DNA of 64,000 bases from Anaeromyxobacteraceae bacterium (GCA_032654565.1 JAULAX010000002.1:1-64000); one strand, 5' to 3'; numbered from the stretch's first letter, positions 53,737 through 63,755 are shown. Numbers and translations: made by a program. Notes: a model not told the origin generated them from the letters alone.

Positions 53737-54264
53737 ATGCCCATCGCCCATCCCTACCGCGACCTGCGGGTCATCGACGCCCGGGCCCCGCGCTTCAACC
53801 AGGCGGCGGTCGGCCTGCTCTCCCTGGCCGGGGTGCTGACCGGCTGGTGGCCGCTCTTCGCCCTGCCGGCGCTGCAGCTCCTCCTGGGCCTCACCTTCGG
53901 TCGCCGCTGGTGCCTGGCCTGCGTCCTCTACTTCGAGGTGGTGCAGCCGCGCCTCGGCGAGGGGCCGCTGGAGGACGCCCGGCCGGTCCGCTTCGCCAAC
54001 CAGGTGGGCGCCACCTTCCTCACCGCCGCGACGCTGGCCGGCGCGCTGGGCGGGAGCACGCTGGCGCTGGCCCTCGGCGGCCTGGTCGCGGCCCTGGCGC
54101 TGCTGGCTGCGACCACCGGCCTCTGCGTCGGCTGCCTGATGTTCAGGGGGCTGGCGCGCCTGCGCGGGGCGCCGCTCGGCGACGCGGTGGCCGCCTTCGC
54201 CACCTCGGTCTGCGCCGACTGCCAGCGCCTGCCGGTGCGGAGCGGGGTTCCCCCGCACGCCTGA
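53737..54264 (+). CDS. DUF4395 family membrane protein with a short C-terminal CxxC tail
   Basis: IDARAPRFNQ, EDARPVRFANQVG, LAATTGLCVGC; tail FATSVCADCQRL. Confidence 0.85.
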   Translation: MPIAHPYRDLRVIDARAPRFNQAAVGLLSLAGVLTGWWPLFALPALQLLLGLTFGRRWCLACVLYFEVVQPRLGEGPLEDARPVRFANQVGATFLTAATLAGALGGSTLALALGGLVAALALLAATTGLCVGCLMFRGLARLRGAPLGDAVAAFATSVCADCQRLPVRSGVPPHA

Positions 54265-54328
54265 GCCCCGGACGAGCCCCCGGGACGGGCCGGTGGCGCA
54301 ACCTCACCGGGCGTGCCACGCTCCGGTC

Positions 54329-54733
54329 ATGCCACACCTCCACCGACTGCTGCTGCTCGCCGCGCTGGCCTCCTCCGCCGCCTGCTCGGCGTTCCGCCTG
54401 CCCGCCGAGCAGGACCCGGACCGGAGCCGCCACGCCTACGAGCTGGTCGGCGAGGTGCGGATGCGCGACAGCGGCAAGGTGGTGGCCGGCGCCGCGGTGA
54501 CGGTCGAGGGCGCCAGGGAGGTGGCCGGCGAGCACGTCTCCGACGCCACCGGCCGCTTCTGGCTCCGCGTCGTCGGCATCGGCGGTGCCGCGCCCGACCC
54601 GGCCGGCATCCGCAAGGGGCCGGCCGGCCTGGTCATCGTCTCGGCCAGGTCCGGCGCGCTCTGCTCCCCGGAGACCAAGGTGCTGCTGCCGGCCACCGGT
54701 CCGGTGCTGCTCGGCCTGGCTCCCTGCCGCTGA
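54329..54733 (+). CDS. Small lipoprotein with a carboxypeptidase-regulatory-like domain
   Basis: Signal peptide ending SAAC; GEVRMRDSGKVVAGAAVTV...SDATGRF. Confidence 0.7.
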   Translation: MPHLHRLLLLAALASSAACSAFRLPAEQDPDRSRHAYELVGEVRMRDSGKVVAGAAVTVEGAREVAGEHVSDATGRFWLRVVGIGGAAPDPAGIRKGPAGLVIVSARSGALCSPETKVLLPATGPVLLGLAPCR

Positions 54734-54742
54734 GGGGATCCG

Positions 54743-55435
54743 TCAGGGGCCCGACCCGCCCTCCCAGCCGGCCAGGATGGCCAGGGACGCCGAGGCGCCC
54801 ACCCGGCTGGCCCCGGCCTCGATCATGGCCAGCGCCTGGGCGGTGGTGCGGATCCCGCCGGAGGCCTTCACCCCCAGGCCGTCACCCACCACGGCGCGCA
54901 GCAGCGCCACCGCCTCCACCGTGGCCCCGCCCCGGCCGAAGCCGGTGGAGGTCTTCACCCAGGCGGCGCCCGCGGCGCGCGCCAGCGCCGCCCCGGCCGC
55001 CACCTGGTCGCGATCGAGCACGCCGGTCTCGAGGATCACCTTGACCGGGACGGCGACCGACCCCACCACCGCGCGCAGGTCGGCGAAGACCGCCTCCCAG
55101 CGGCCGGCCCGCAGCGCCGGGAGCGGCGCCACCAGGTCCAGCTCGCCGGCCCCGGCGGCCACCAGCCCCCGGGCCTCGGCCACCCGCGCCGCGGTCGCCG
55201 CCTCGCCGAGCGGGAAGTCCACCACCGCCGCCACCTCGACGGCGGAGCCCGCCAGCAACCCCCGGGCCCCGGCGACGAAGGGCCCGCGGACGCAGACCGC
55301 GGCGAAGCCGTGCTGCCTGGCCTCGGCGCAGGCCCGGGCCACCTCCGCCGCCGTGGCCGCCTCGGCCAGCACGGTGTGATCGATGAAGGCGGCCAGCTCG
55401 CGGCGCGAGCCGGGCCTCCGCGGTGGGGTGTTCAT
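54743..55435 (-). CDS. deoC: Deoxyribose-phosphate aldolase
   Basis: IDHTVL, VVDFPLG, KVILETG, VKTSTGF, VKASGGIR and RVGAS motifs. Confidence 0.95.
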   Translation of the reverse strand: MNTPPRRPGSRRELAAFIDHTVLAEAATAAEVARACAEARQHGFAAVCVRGPFVAGARGLLAGSAVEVAAVVDFPLGEAATAARVAEARGLVAAGAGELDLVAPLPALRAGRWEAVFADLRAVVGSVAVPVKVILETGVLDRDQVAAGAALARAAGAAWVKTSTGFGRGGATVEAVALLRAVVGDGLGVKASGGIRTTAQALAMIEAGASRVGASASLAILAGWEGGSGP

Positions 55436-56502
55436 TGGACCGCCGTGAGCTTGAGTGGGGCCTCCACCTGGATCTCCTCGCCCTCGAAGGCGGGAAAGAC
55501 CATGCGCCGTGCCGCCGCGGCCAGGCACTGGCCGAGCGCCGAGCTGTTCCAGGCCGGATCGGCCAGGGTGGCCCGGGAGACGCGGCCGGTGGGCCGCACC
55601 ACCAGCTCCAGCACCGGCGCGCGGGTGTCGCGACGCAGCCCGAGGTCGGCCTTGCCGGCCCTGGTGATGCAGGAGGAGAAGGCCCCCGAGCTGGCGGCCA
55701 GGGTGTCGCGAATCGCCGCCTCGTCGAGCGAGGCCCGGCCGGTGTCGAGGGTGGTGCTCCGCGTGCCCGGCTCGCCGGCCAGCGTCGCCGGCACCGCCCT
55801 CACGTCCTCCTTGCGGTGGAGCAGGTCGAGCAGCTTCCGGTCGCGCCTGGTGATGGGCGCTCCAGCCCGGTGGATGACGTCCTTCGAGGCGGTCGGCCCC
55901 GGCGACCTGGCCGGTGTGGCGGGGACCGTGGGCGGAGCTGGCAGGGGCTCGGTCAGCGGGGCGCCCGGAGGCGCCGCGGCCGCCGTCACGATCGTGTCCG
56001 CGGCCGGTGGCGGGAGGGCGGCCACCACGGCGACCCCCGGCGCACCTCCCGGCGCGGCCGCCTCGCCCCCCGGGCGCGCCCACCAGAGGCCGAGGGCCAG
56101 CAGGGCGGCCACCGCCACCGCGCCGAGGGCCAGCCGCCGGCCCCGACCGCCTGGCCGGGCCGCGGCGGCCTGGGGGCCCTGACCGTGGACCGCGGCCGGG
56201 AGGTGGGAGCCCGGGGCGCTGGCGAAGAAGCGATCGGTGTTCTCCGGCGGCCCGGCCGTCTCCTGCGGCTCGGGCGCCGGAGCGCCGAGGGGAGCAGGGG
56301 GTTCGACCGGCTCGGGGAGCGGCGGAGGAGCCGGCGGCGGCGGGGCCGGCGTCGTCGAGCGGGTCGGGATGGGCGGCGGCGCCACCGGGCCGATCACGAA
56401 GGCGTGGCCGCAGGCCGTGCAGGTGCAGCGGAAGCCGCGCGGTGGCACCCTGGCGTCGGCCAGGGTGTAGCGCTTGGCGCACCGCGGGCACGTGAAGATC
56501 AC
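55432..56502 (-). CDS. Zinc-ribbon / TM / AgmX-PglI (TonB-C-like) C-terminal domain protein
   Basis: MIFTCPRCAKRY...CTCTACGHAF; one TM helix; FSSCI...VRPTGRVSRA...LGQCLAAAARRMVFPAF. Confidence 0.82.
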   Translation of the reverse strand: MIFTCPRCAKRYTLADARVPPRGFRCTCTACGHAFVIGPVAPPPIPTRSTTPAPPPPAPPPLPEPVEPPAPLGAPAPEPQETAGPPENTDRFFASAPGSHLPAAVHGQGPQAAAARPGGRGRRLALGAVAVAALLALGLWWARPGGEAAAPGGAPGVAVVAALPPPAADTIVTAAAAPPGAPLTEPLPAPPTVPATPARSPGPTASKDVIHRAGAPITRRDRKLLDLLHRKEDVRAVPATLAGEPGTRSTTLDTGRASLDEAAIRDTLAASSGAFSSCITRAGKADLGLRRDTRAPVLELVVRPTGRVSRATLADPAWNSSALGQCLAAAARRMVFPAFEGEEIQVEAPLKLTAVQ

Positions 56503-57365
56503 TTGGCGTCGATGCTACGGAGCAGCGGCGGCGATGGCAAGGCGACCGCCGGGGCCTCCTCCTCGTCGTCGATCCAGGGATCGGCGCCGGTGGCGCCGGG
56601 GGCGCTGGCCAGCCGCTCCACCAGCTCGCGGTCGAGCAGGTGGGCCGGGACCACGTGGCCGAGCGCGTGGAGCAGGTTGGCCTTCACGGACGGGTGCTCC
56701 GCCGAGAGCTCGGCGAGCAGGGCCTTGACGCGCTTGCGGCGCAGGTGGGGCTGGCTGCCGCAGACGTCGCAGGGGACGATGGGGAAGGCCCTGGCCGCGG
56801 CGAAGGCGGCGATCTCCTCCTCGGCGGCGTAGCAGAGCGGCCGGATCACGGTGTTGCGGCCGTCGGCGGAGCGGAGCAGCGCCGGCATGGCCTTGAGCGA
56901 GCCGGCGTAGAGCGCGTTGAGCAGCAGCGTCTCCACGAAGTCGTCGCGGTGGTGGCCGAGGGCGATGCGGGTGCAGCCCAGCTCCACGGCCACGTCGTAG
57001 AGGACGGCCCGCCGGAAGCGGGAGCAGAGGGCGCAGGCGGTCTTGCCCTCCGGCACCAGCCGCTTCACCGCCGACCAGAGCTCCCGCTTCACCATCTTGT
57101 AGGGGACGCCGACCGCCTTGAAGTGATCCTCGATGAGGTGGGCGGGGAAGCCGGGCTGCCCCTGGTCGAGGTTGACGGCCACCAGGCTGAAGTCGATGGG
57201 GGCCCGCTCCTGCAGCCGCTGCAGCACGTGGAGCAGCGTGTAGCTGTCCTTCCCGCCCGAGCAGGCCACCAGGATCCGGTCCCCCTCGCCGATCAGCGAG
57301 AAGTCGGCGATGGCCCGGGAGGCGTCCCGGATGATCCGCTTTTCCAGCCGCTCCACCTCCCGCAT
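56499..57365 (-). CDS. ttcA: tRNA 2-thiocytidine(32) synthetase
   Basis: SGGKDSY PP-loop, NLDQGQPGF, CALCSRFRR, LGHHRDD and PCDVCGSQ motifs. Confidence 0.95.
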   Translation of the reverse strand: MREVERLEKRIIRDASRAIADFSLIGEGDRILVACSGGKDSYTLLHVLQRLQERAPIDFSLVAVNLDQGQPGFPAHLIEDHFKAVGVPYKMVKRELWSAVKRLVPEGKTACALCSRFRRAVLYDVAVELGCTRIALGHHRDDFVETLLLNALYAGSLKAMPALLRSADGRNTVIRPLCYAAEEEIAAFAAARAFPIVPCDVCGSQPHLRRKRVKALLAELSAEHPSVKANLLHALGHVVPAHLLDRELVERLASAPGATGADPWIDDEEEAPAVALPSPPLLRSIDAK

Positions 57366-57471
57366 CGACCGCTCCTCTTCCCCGGGCCCGGACCGGCGCC
57401 TCGCTTTTCCTTTGACGCGCACCTCGACCGCACGCTAAAGGCGCCTTGCTCCGACTGACGTGAGGGGAATC

Positions 57472-57723
57472 ATGCCTGCGAAGGACCTCGGCTCCAAGCA
57501 CACCTGCTTCAAGTGCTCGACCAAGTTCTACGACCTGAAGAAGCCCGTGGCGGTCTGCCCGAAGTGCGGGGCCGACCAGCGCGAGAGCCCCGCCCTCAAG
57601 GCGCCGCCGGAGAAGCGCTCGCGCGCCGCCAAGCCGGTCGAGCCGGTCGCGCCCGAGGTCGACGAGGAGGCCGAGGTCGAGGAGGAGCTGGACGAGGACG
57701 ACGACGAGGATGACGACGACTAG
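57472..57723 (+). CDS. FYDLN acid domain protein (TIGR02300 family)
   Basis: [28 protein letters not shown] plus an acidic tail. Confidence 0.92.
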   Translation: MPAKDLGSKHTCFKCSTKFYDLKKPVAVCPKCGADQRESPALKAPPEKRSRAAKPVEPVAPEVDEEAEVEEELDEDDDEDDDD

Positions 57724-57744
57724 CCGTCCCCGGTCCACCCCCGC

Positions 57745-58410
57745 TCAGGGATAGCTGAGCGGCAGCGTCACCGCCCCGGTGGCGGGCACCTCGATCACCA
57801 GCCGCTTCTCCCCGTAGCGCTCGTGCCAGGCCACCGCCTGCCAGGCGCCGGCCGGGATCCCGGTGAGCTGGAAGCGGCCCCCTGCCCCGGTCACCACCAC
57901 GTGCGGGGTCTCGGTCACCAGGATCGAGGCGCTCATCCAGGCGTGCACGTCGCAGGCGACGCGGACCACGCCGGGGCGGGCCAGCAGGCGCGGCGTCTTC
58001 CCTCCCGGCGTCGGCATGGGCACGTTGAAGGCGGTGGCCGACCCCAGGTAGCCGTGGACGTTGTGCAGCACCGGGTCGCCGTTCCGCAGCTCCAGCGTCG
58101 AGCCGAGCGGGGCGGCCTGGACGCGGGGGAGGTAGCGGCACCCCTGCTGGTCGAGGACCACCGTCCTCGGCGCCGCCTTCAGGCCCGGGACCTCGACGCG
58201 GACCACCACGTTGGCGAGGCCGCCGTCGGAGACCAGCACCGACGCCTCGGCCACCGCGGCGCCGCAGACGGCCCGGTCGCGGTCGGTCTCCTGCGTCGCC
58301 GGGGCGGGGATGGGCCCGGTGAAGCGGGCCACGCCGTGGACCTCCCCGGCCAGGCCGGCCCACGGGGTGAGCAGGAGCCCGGCGGCGACGGCGGCGAAGC
58401 GTGGCGACAT
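57745..58410 (-). CDS. Secreted cupredoxin-like / carboxypeptidase-regulatory-like domain protein
   Basis: Signal peptide; LDQQGCRYLPRV, NGDPVLHNVH, CDVHAWM and AWHERYG motifs. Confidence 0.8.
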   Translation of the reverse strand: MSPRFAAVAAGLLLTPWAGLAGEVHGVARFTGPIPAPATQETDRDRAVCGAAVAEASVLVSDGGLANVVVRVEVPGLKAAPRTVVLDQQGCRYLPRVQAAPLGSTLELRNGDPVLHNVHGYLGSATAFNVPMPTPGGKTPRLLARPGVVRVACDVHAWMSASILVTETPHVVVTGAGGRFQLTGIPAGAWQAVAWHERYGEKRLVIEVPATGAVTLPLSYP

Positions 58411-58470
58411 GATCACTCCTCGGCGGGGGAGGCGGGTCGGAGGGAACCCGCCCGGAGCCTGAAACCTTCG

Positions 58471-58499
58471 TTGACCCCCGGCAGGTCCATTCCTATATC
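58471..58499 (+). promoter_or_regulatory. Sigma70 promoter of the ctaA operon
   Basis: TTGACC-N17-TATATC, 11 bp before the ATG. Confidence 0.5.
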
Positions 58500-58510
58500 C
58501 CGGGGGCCCC

Positions 58511-59431
58511 ATGCGCGAGTACCGCTTCGCCGTCGCCACCGCCGTCGCCACGTTCCTGCTCCTGGTCATCGGGGGGCTGGTCCACCCCACCGGCTCGTCG
58601 CTGGCCTGCCCCGACTGGCCGCTCTGCAACGGCCTGGTCTTCCCGCCCATGCGGGGCGGCATCCTCTACGAGCACGGCCACCGGCTGGCGGCGCTGACGG
58701 TGTCGGTCCTGACCGTGGCGCTGGCGGCGCTGGTCCACCGGGCCCGGCGCCCGCGCGGCCTGCGCTGGCTCTCCCTCGGCGCGGTGGCGCTGGTGGGCGT
58801 CCAGGCCTCGCTGGGGGCCTTCACGGTCATCTACAAGCTGCCGCTGATCGTCTCGGCCAGCCACCTGGCCACCTCCATGGCCTTCTTCGCGGTGGTCCTC
58901 ACCCTGGCCCACCGGCTCCGCCCCGAGGCCGCCTGGGCGCCGCCGCTCGACCGCGGGCTGGTGGGGCTGGCCGCCGCCGCCATCTACGCCCAGATCGTGG
59001 TCGGGGCGCTGGTCCGCCACACCGGCTCTGCGCTGGCCTGCGGCACCGACCTGCTGCTCTGCGAAGGCGCCCTCTGGCCGGCCTGGGGGCCGGCCCAGGT
59101 CCAGGTGATCCACCGGGCCCTCGGCTACGCGGTGGCGGCGCTGGTGGTCGCCTCCTCGCTGCGCACCTGGCGGCTGGCCGCCGACGGCCCCCCGCTCCGG
59201 CGCCTGCTGGCCCTGCTCGGCCCCGCGCTGGCGGCGGCGCAGGTGACGCTCGGGCTGCTCACCGTGGCCAGCTACGTCGCCCTCCCCATCGTGGCGCTCC
59301 ACCTCGCCTTCGGCGCCCTGCTGCTGGCCAACCAGCTCACCCTCTACTTCCTGCTGGGACCGCGCGGCGCCGCGGTCCCGACGGCCGCCGGCTGGCGGTC
59401 GCCCCAGCCGACGCCGGAGGCCGCTCCATGA
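58511..59431 (+). CDS. ctaA: Heme A synthase (COX15/CtaA)
   Basis: GSSLACPDWPLCNG, YEHGHR, GALVRH and IHRALG motifs. Confidence 0.93.
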   Translation: MREYRFAVATAVATFLLLVIGGLVHPTGSSLACPDWPLCNGLVFPPMRGGILYEHGHRLAALTVSVLTVALAALVHRARRPRGLRWLSLGAVALVGVQASLGAFTVIYKLPLIVSASHLATSMAFFAVVLTLAHRLRPEAAWAPPLDRGLVGLAAAAIYAQIVVGALVRHTGSALACGTDLLLCEGALWPAWGPAQVQVIHRALGYAVAALVVASSLRTWRLAADGPPLRRLLALLGPALAAAQVTLGLLTVASYVALPIVALHLAFGALLLANQLTLYFLLGPRGAAVPTAAGWRSPQPTPEAAP

Positions 59432-60342
59432 CCCCGCTCTCCCCGGCCGCCGACCAGGCCCCGGCGCGCCTCGCCACCTCCCCCCTGGCGCTGGCGCGCG
59501 AGCTCTTCCTGCTGGCCAAGCCGCGCCTCTCGGCGCTGGTGCTCCTCACCACCTCGGGCGGCATGTGGCTGGCGCCGGGGAGGATCCACCCGGCCCGGGC
59601 GCTGCTGACGGTGCTCTGCACCGCGGCGGTGGTGGGGGCCGCCAACGCCCTCAACAGCTACCTCGAGCGGGACAGCGACGCGCTCATGCACCGGACCCGC
59701 GATCGCCCCCTGCCGGCGGGGCGGCTCGACCCCACCCTGGCGCTGGCCTTCGGCCTCGCGGTGCCGGCCTTCGCCCTGCCGGTGCTGGCCCTGGTGGCCG
59801 GCGGGCTGACCGCGGCGCTGGCCCTGCTGGCGCTGGTCTCCTACGTCGCCGTCTACACGCCGATGAAGAAGCGCAGCTCGCTGGCCCTCTTCGTGGGCGC
59901 CGTGCCCGGGGCCATCCCCCCGCTGATGGGCTGGACCGCGGTGACCGGCCACGCCGAGCTCGGCGGCCTCGCCGTCTTCCTGCTGCTGCTGGCCTGGCAG
60001 CTGCCCCACTTCATCGCCATCTCCCTCTACCTCAAGGAGGACTACGCCCGCGGCGGGATGAAGGTCTTCGCGCTGGTCCACGGCGACCGGGTGGCGCGGA
60101 CCTGGATCGCCGGCACCAGCCTGCTGCTCCTGCCCGCCTCGCTGCTGCCGGTGGCGCTCGGCCTGGCCAGCTGGGTCTACGGCGGCATCGCCGCGGCCGC
60201 CTCGGTCGCCTTCACCGGCTACGCGCTCACCGGGCTGCGGCTCACCGGCGAGTCGAACCGCTGGGCGCGGCGCATCTTCCTGGCCACGCTGCTCTACCTG
60301 GTGGCGCTGATGGTGGGGCTCTTCCTCGGGGCCAACCGGTGA
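59428..60342 (+). CDS. ctaB: Protoheme IX farnesyltransferase (heme O synthase)
   Basis: LAKPRL, NSYLERDSDALMHRTRDRPLPAG, YTPMKK, GAVPGAIPPLMGW, WQLPHF and EDY motifs. Confidence 0.95.
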   Translation: MTPLSPAADQAPARLATSPLALARELFLLAKPRLSALVLLTTSGGMWLAPGRIHPARALLTVLCTAAVVGAANALNSYLERDSDALMHRTRDRPLPAGRLDPTLALAFGLAVPAFALPVLALVAGGLTAALALLALVSYVAVYTPMKKRSSLALFVGAVPGAIPPLMGWTAVTGHAELGGLAVFLLLLAWQLPHFIAISLYLKEDYARGGMKVFALVHGDRVARTWIAGTSLLLLPASLLPVALGLASWVYGGIAAAASVAFTGYALTGLRLTGESNRWARRIFLATLLYLVALMVGLFLGANR

Positions 60343-60767
60343 ACGTCGTCGACCTGCTGGCGCCGCTCAACGCCCTGCTCAACGCCACCGCCGGCACCCT
60401 GCTCTTCCTGGGGTGGCGGGCCATCAAGCGCGGCGACCGGGCCGTGCACCGCCGCTTCATGATCGGGGCGGTCCTGGTCTCGACGGTCTTCCTGGTCAGC
60501 TACCTGACCCGGGTGGCGCTCACCGGCACCCACCGCTTCCCCGGGAACGGCTGGCTGCGGTCCGCCTACCTGGTCATCCTGGTGAGCCACACCATCCTGG
60601 CGGTGGCGGCCGCCCCCATGGCGCTCCGCACCCTGGGGCTCGGCCTGAACGGCCGGTTCGAGGCCCACCGCCGGCTCGCCCGCCTCACCTTCCCCATCTG
60701 GCTCTACGTCTCGGTGACCGGGGTGGTGGTCTACCTGCTGCTCTACCAGGTGGCGCCGCGAATGTGA
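60339..60767 (+). CDS. DUF420 family membrane protein
   Basis: LNALLNA, HRRFM, FLVSYL, ILVSHTILA and HRRLARLTFPIWLYVSVTGVVVY motifs. Confidence 0.93.
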   Translation: MNVVDLLAPLNALLNATAGTLLFLGWRAIKRGDRAVHRRFMIGAVLVSTVFLVSYLTRVALTGTHRFPGNGWLRSAYLVILVSHTILAVAAAPMALRTLGLGLNGRFEAHRRLARLTFPIWLYVSVTGVVVYLLLYQVAPRM

Positions 60768-60813
60768 CGCACCCCGGTGAGATGGCCCCGGTCCTGCTAT
60801 AGGTCGGGGCCAC

Positions 60814-61962
60814 GTGCTCGAGATCATCGACCGCCAACTCGACGTGGTCTTCCCGGTGGGCCACCACCGGCACTGCCTGGTGGCGCAGATCCCCAACCAC
60901 CTGAAGCGGTCCGAGGTCGGCTACGTGGTCGCCGACCCCGAGGCGCAGTGGCGGATGGTGCGCTCGGTCCTGGACGTGGTCACCGGCGGTGACAGCGGCT
61001 TCCGCAAGGTCCACCTGCTGGTCTTCCCTGAGGGCTGCCTGCCGCTGGCCCGCCTCGACGACCTGCTGGCCGCGGTGGCCGAGCGCTTCCGGCCCAGCAC
61101 CGTGACCATGATCGGGCTCGAGCACGTGCCGCTGCGGACCTACCGGGCGCTGCTGGAGCGCTTCCGGGAGGACAACCCCGAGGCCCTGGCGCAGGTGCTC
61201 AAGGATCTCGACGGCGGCAGCGAGCCCTGCGCGCCGGTCAACCTCTGCTGCGTCGCCGTCAAGGAGCAGGGCGGGCGGCTGCGGGTCTTCCTGGAGGCCA
61301 AGGGCCACCCCTTCCACGGCGAGGAGTTCCTCGACAAGACCCGCGATCTCTACCAGGGGAAGCACGTCTACTTCTTCCGCTGCCACCAGACCTTCAACTT
61401 CATGGCGCTGGTCTGCCTCGACTACCTCTACCGGGACCTCTACAGCTCCAACATCCGGCGCATCGTCGACCACGCCAACCAGCTCTACTTCTCCTCCCGG
61501 CAGACCCTCGACGCCCTCTTCGTCATCCAGTGCAACCCCAAGCCGGAGCACCGGACCTACCAGGGGATCCTGAGCGGCTTCTACGGGGAGTACCTGGAGG
61601 ACACGCCGGGGGTGCGCGACACCGTCACCGTGTTCGGGAACTGCTCCGACCAGAGCACCGTGGAGGGCTCCTCCGGGGAGCCCGCCTACGGCGTCTCCTC
61701 GGCGGTCATCGGGGGCCGGCACCGGCTGGCCCCGGTGAAGCTGTCGGAGTTCTGCTTCGACGACTTCGGCGGGGCGCCCCTCTACCGGCTCCGCTTCGGC
61801 ACCGCCACCCGCCTCTACTACTTCAACCTGCCCCTGCACCACGAGCACGACCCGCGCTCGACCCGCATCCCGCTCAAGGTGCACAGCATCCTGCGCCCCA
61901 CCGCCGAGGGCGGCTGGGTCAAGATGACCGGTGAGGAGATCATGCACGGGCCGTCCGGGTGA
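60814..61962 (+). CDS. Hypothetical protein with nitrilase/carbon-nitrogen hydrolase-like motifs
   Basis: LLVFPEG, FLEAKGHP and ALVCLDY occur in the order of the E-K-C triad. Confidence 0.65.
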   Translation: MLEIIDRQLDVVFPVGHHRHCLVAQIPNHLKRSEVGYVVADPEAQWRMVRSVLDVVTGGDSGFRKVHLLVFPEGCLPLARLDDLLAAVAERFRPSTVTMIGLEHVPLRTYRALLERFREDNPEALAQVLKDLDGGSEPCAPVNLCCVAVKEQGGRLRVFLEAKGHPFHGEEFLDKTRDLYQGKHVYFFRCHQTFNFMALVCLDYLYRDLYSSNIRRIVDHANQLYFSSRQTLDALFVIQCNPKPEHRTYQGILSGFYGEYLEDTPGVRDTVTVFGNCSDQSTVEGSSGEPAYGVSSAVIGGRHRLAPVKLSEFCFDDFGGAPLYRLRFGTATRLYYFNLPLHHEHDPRSTRIPLKVHSILRPTAEGGWVKMTGEEIMHGPSG

Positions 61963-62064
61963 CCTGGCCGACGGGCCCCGCCGGGGTCCTGGCCTTCCAG
62001 GGGGAGGAGGCCTGGCTCCGCCGGAGGCCCACGCCCGCCCCGCCTCGGGCTAGCATGCCCACCC

Positions 62065-62769
62065 ATGCGCGCCCTCCGCCTCGCCCTGCCCGCCCTCCCC
62101 GCCCTCCTGCTCGCCGCCTGCGGCGGCCCGGTCCGGGTCGAGCTCGAGCCCGCCTCGCTGGCCTTCACCGGCCGCGGCCAGACCGGCCTGCTCCACGCCA
62201 CCCCCCGCGGCAAGGGGGGCAAGCCGCTCCCCGACGCCCGCTGCGCCTGGTCGAGCTCGGACCCGAAGGTGGCCACCGTGGCCGCCCGCGGCAACGACGC
62301 CACCGTCTCCTCGGCCGGCCCGGGATCGGCCAGCATCCTCTGCGCCATCGACGGGGTGCAGGCCGCGGCGCCGGTCTCGGTGCGGGTGGTGGTCCGGGTG
62401 GTGCTGGGGCAGGAGGCGGCGGCGCTGGAGCTGGCCGACGACCGCCGCCCCCTGGCGGTGAAGCTGCAGGCCTTCGACGACCAGGGCGCGCCGGTGGCCG
62501 GGCGGCTGGTGCTGACCCGCTGCGACGACGAGGAGGTCTGCCGCGGCGACAGCCGCGGGCAGCTCTGGGCCACCGGCGCCGGCCGGGCCACCGCCACCGT
62601 CGACGTGGACGGCGTCCAGGCCACGCTCCCGGTGACCGTCAAGGACCTGCGGGTGGACAGCAAGCCCAAGGCGGTGACCAAGGACTACATGGAGGCGCTG
62701 GAGCGGGAGAACCGGGCCACCGAGGCCAGGGAGGCCGCCGCCGCGGCCAAGGCGGCCGGGAAGAAGTGA
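62065..62769 (+). CDS. Lipoprotein with Ig-like (Big_2) domain(s)
   Basis: Lipobox LAACGG; WSSSDPKVATV. Confidence 0.82.
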   Translation: MRALRLALPALPALLLAACGGPVRVELEPASLAFTGRGQTGLLHATPRGKGGKPLPDARCAWSSSDPKVATVAARGNDATVSSAGPGSASILCAIDGVQAAAPVSVRVVVRVVLGQEAAALELADDRRPLAVKLQAFDDQGAPVAGRLVLTRCDDEEVCRGDSRGQLWATGAGRATATVDVDGVQATLPVTVKDLRVDSKPKAVTKDYMEALERENRATEAREAAAAAKAAGKK

Positions 62770-63626
62770 GGCGCGCCGCCCCTCGCCTGGCCGTCCTCGG
62801 CCTGCTGGCCCTGGCCGGCTGCGCCTACTACGAGGTGCCGCGCTTCGTCGCCGCGCAGCAGCTCGGAGGGGTGACGGTGCCGGCGGCCACGCTCAACCGC
62901 GGCGCCGAGGCCTACATGCGCTCCTGCCGCCCGTGCCACGGCGCCGAGGGCGACGGCCGCGGGCCGCAGGCGGTCGGCATGGATCCGCCGCCGCGCGACC
63001 TGCGGCTCGGCGTCATCTCCTTCGCCTCGGTCGCGTCCGGCGCCCTCTGGCGCGACGAGGACCTGGTCCGGGTGGTCCGGGGCGGCCTGGGCGGCACCGG
63101 GATGCGCGCCTGGAAGGATCTCTCCGACGACGAGCTCGGCGCCATCGTCCAGTTCGTGAAGACGCTGGCGCCACGCTTCCGCGAGGAGCGCCCCGGCGAG
63201 CCCATCGCCGCCTCGCCGGATCCCTGGGCCGGGCGCGAGGCCGACGGCGCGGCGCGAGGGCGCGTCGTCTACCACGGGCTGGCGCGCTGCCAGGGCTGCC
63301 ACCCGGCCTACGCCGATGCCGCCGAGGTGGCGCGGTTCGCCCGCGACGCCGGCGTGGAGCCGGCGCCGAGGCCCGACCCGGGCCAGCCCACCTGGAGCCG
63401 CTCCGACTTCGGCCGGCCGCTCAAGGCCACCGACTTCCGCGCCGGGCCGCTGCGGGCCGTCCGCCCCGCCACCCGGGGCGCCGACCTCTACCGGTCGATC
63501 GCCGCCGGGCTGGGTGGGACGGCGATGCCGACCTGGAAGGGGGCGCTCCCCGAGGCCGACCTCTGGGCGCTGGTCCACTACGTCGACCAGCTCTCCCGCG
63601 GCGAGGGGAAGGCGACCGGTCGATAG
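62766..63626 (+). CDS. Diheme c-type cytochrome lipoprotein
   Basis: Lipobox LAGC; CRPCHGAEGDG...PPRDL and CQGCH; GTAMPTW. Confidence 0.9.
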   Translation: MRRAAPRLAVLGLLALAGCAYYEVPRFVAAQQLGGVTVPAATLNRGAEAYMRSCRPCHGAEGDGRGPQAVGMDPPPRDLRLGVISFASVASGALWRDEDLVRVVRGGLGGTGMRAWKDLSDDELGAIVQFVKTLAPRFREERPGEPIAASPDPWAGREADGAARGRVVYHGLARCQGCHPAYADAAEVARFARDAGVEPAPRPDPGQPTWSRSDFGRPLKATDFRAGPLRAVRPATRGADLYRSIAAGLGGTAMPTWKGALPEADLWALVHYVDQLSRGEGKATGR

Positions 63627-63755
63627 GACCAGCGATCGTCATTCGGAAGCGACGGAAAGGGGCGACTCGGAATCGGGACACGCTGTCGAATCTTGCGCTG
63701 GCGCCGCCAGGAGCCGGCGCCAGCACGATGGGGCCGCCAGCCGGGCCGGGACGCC

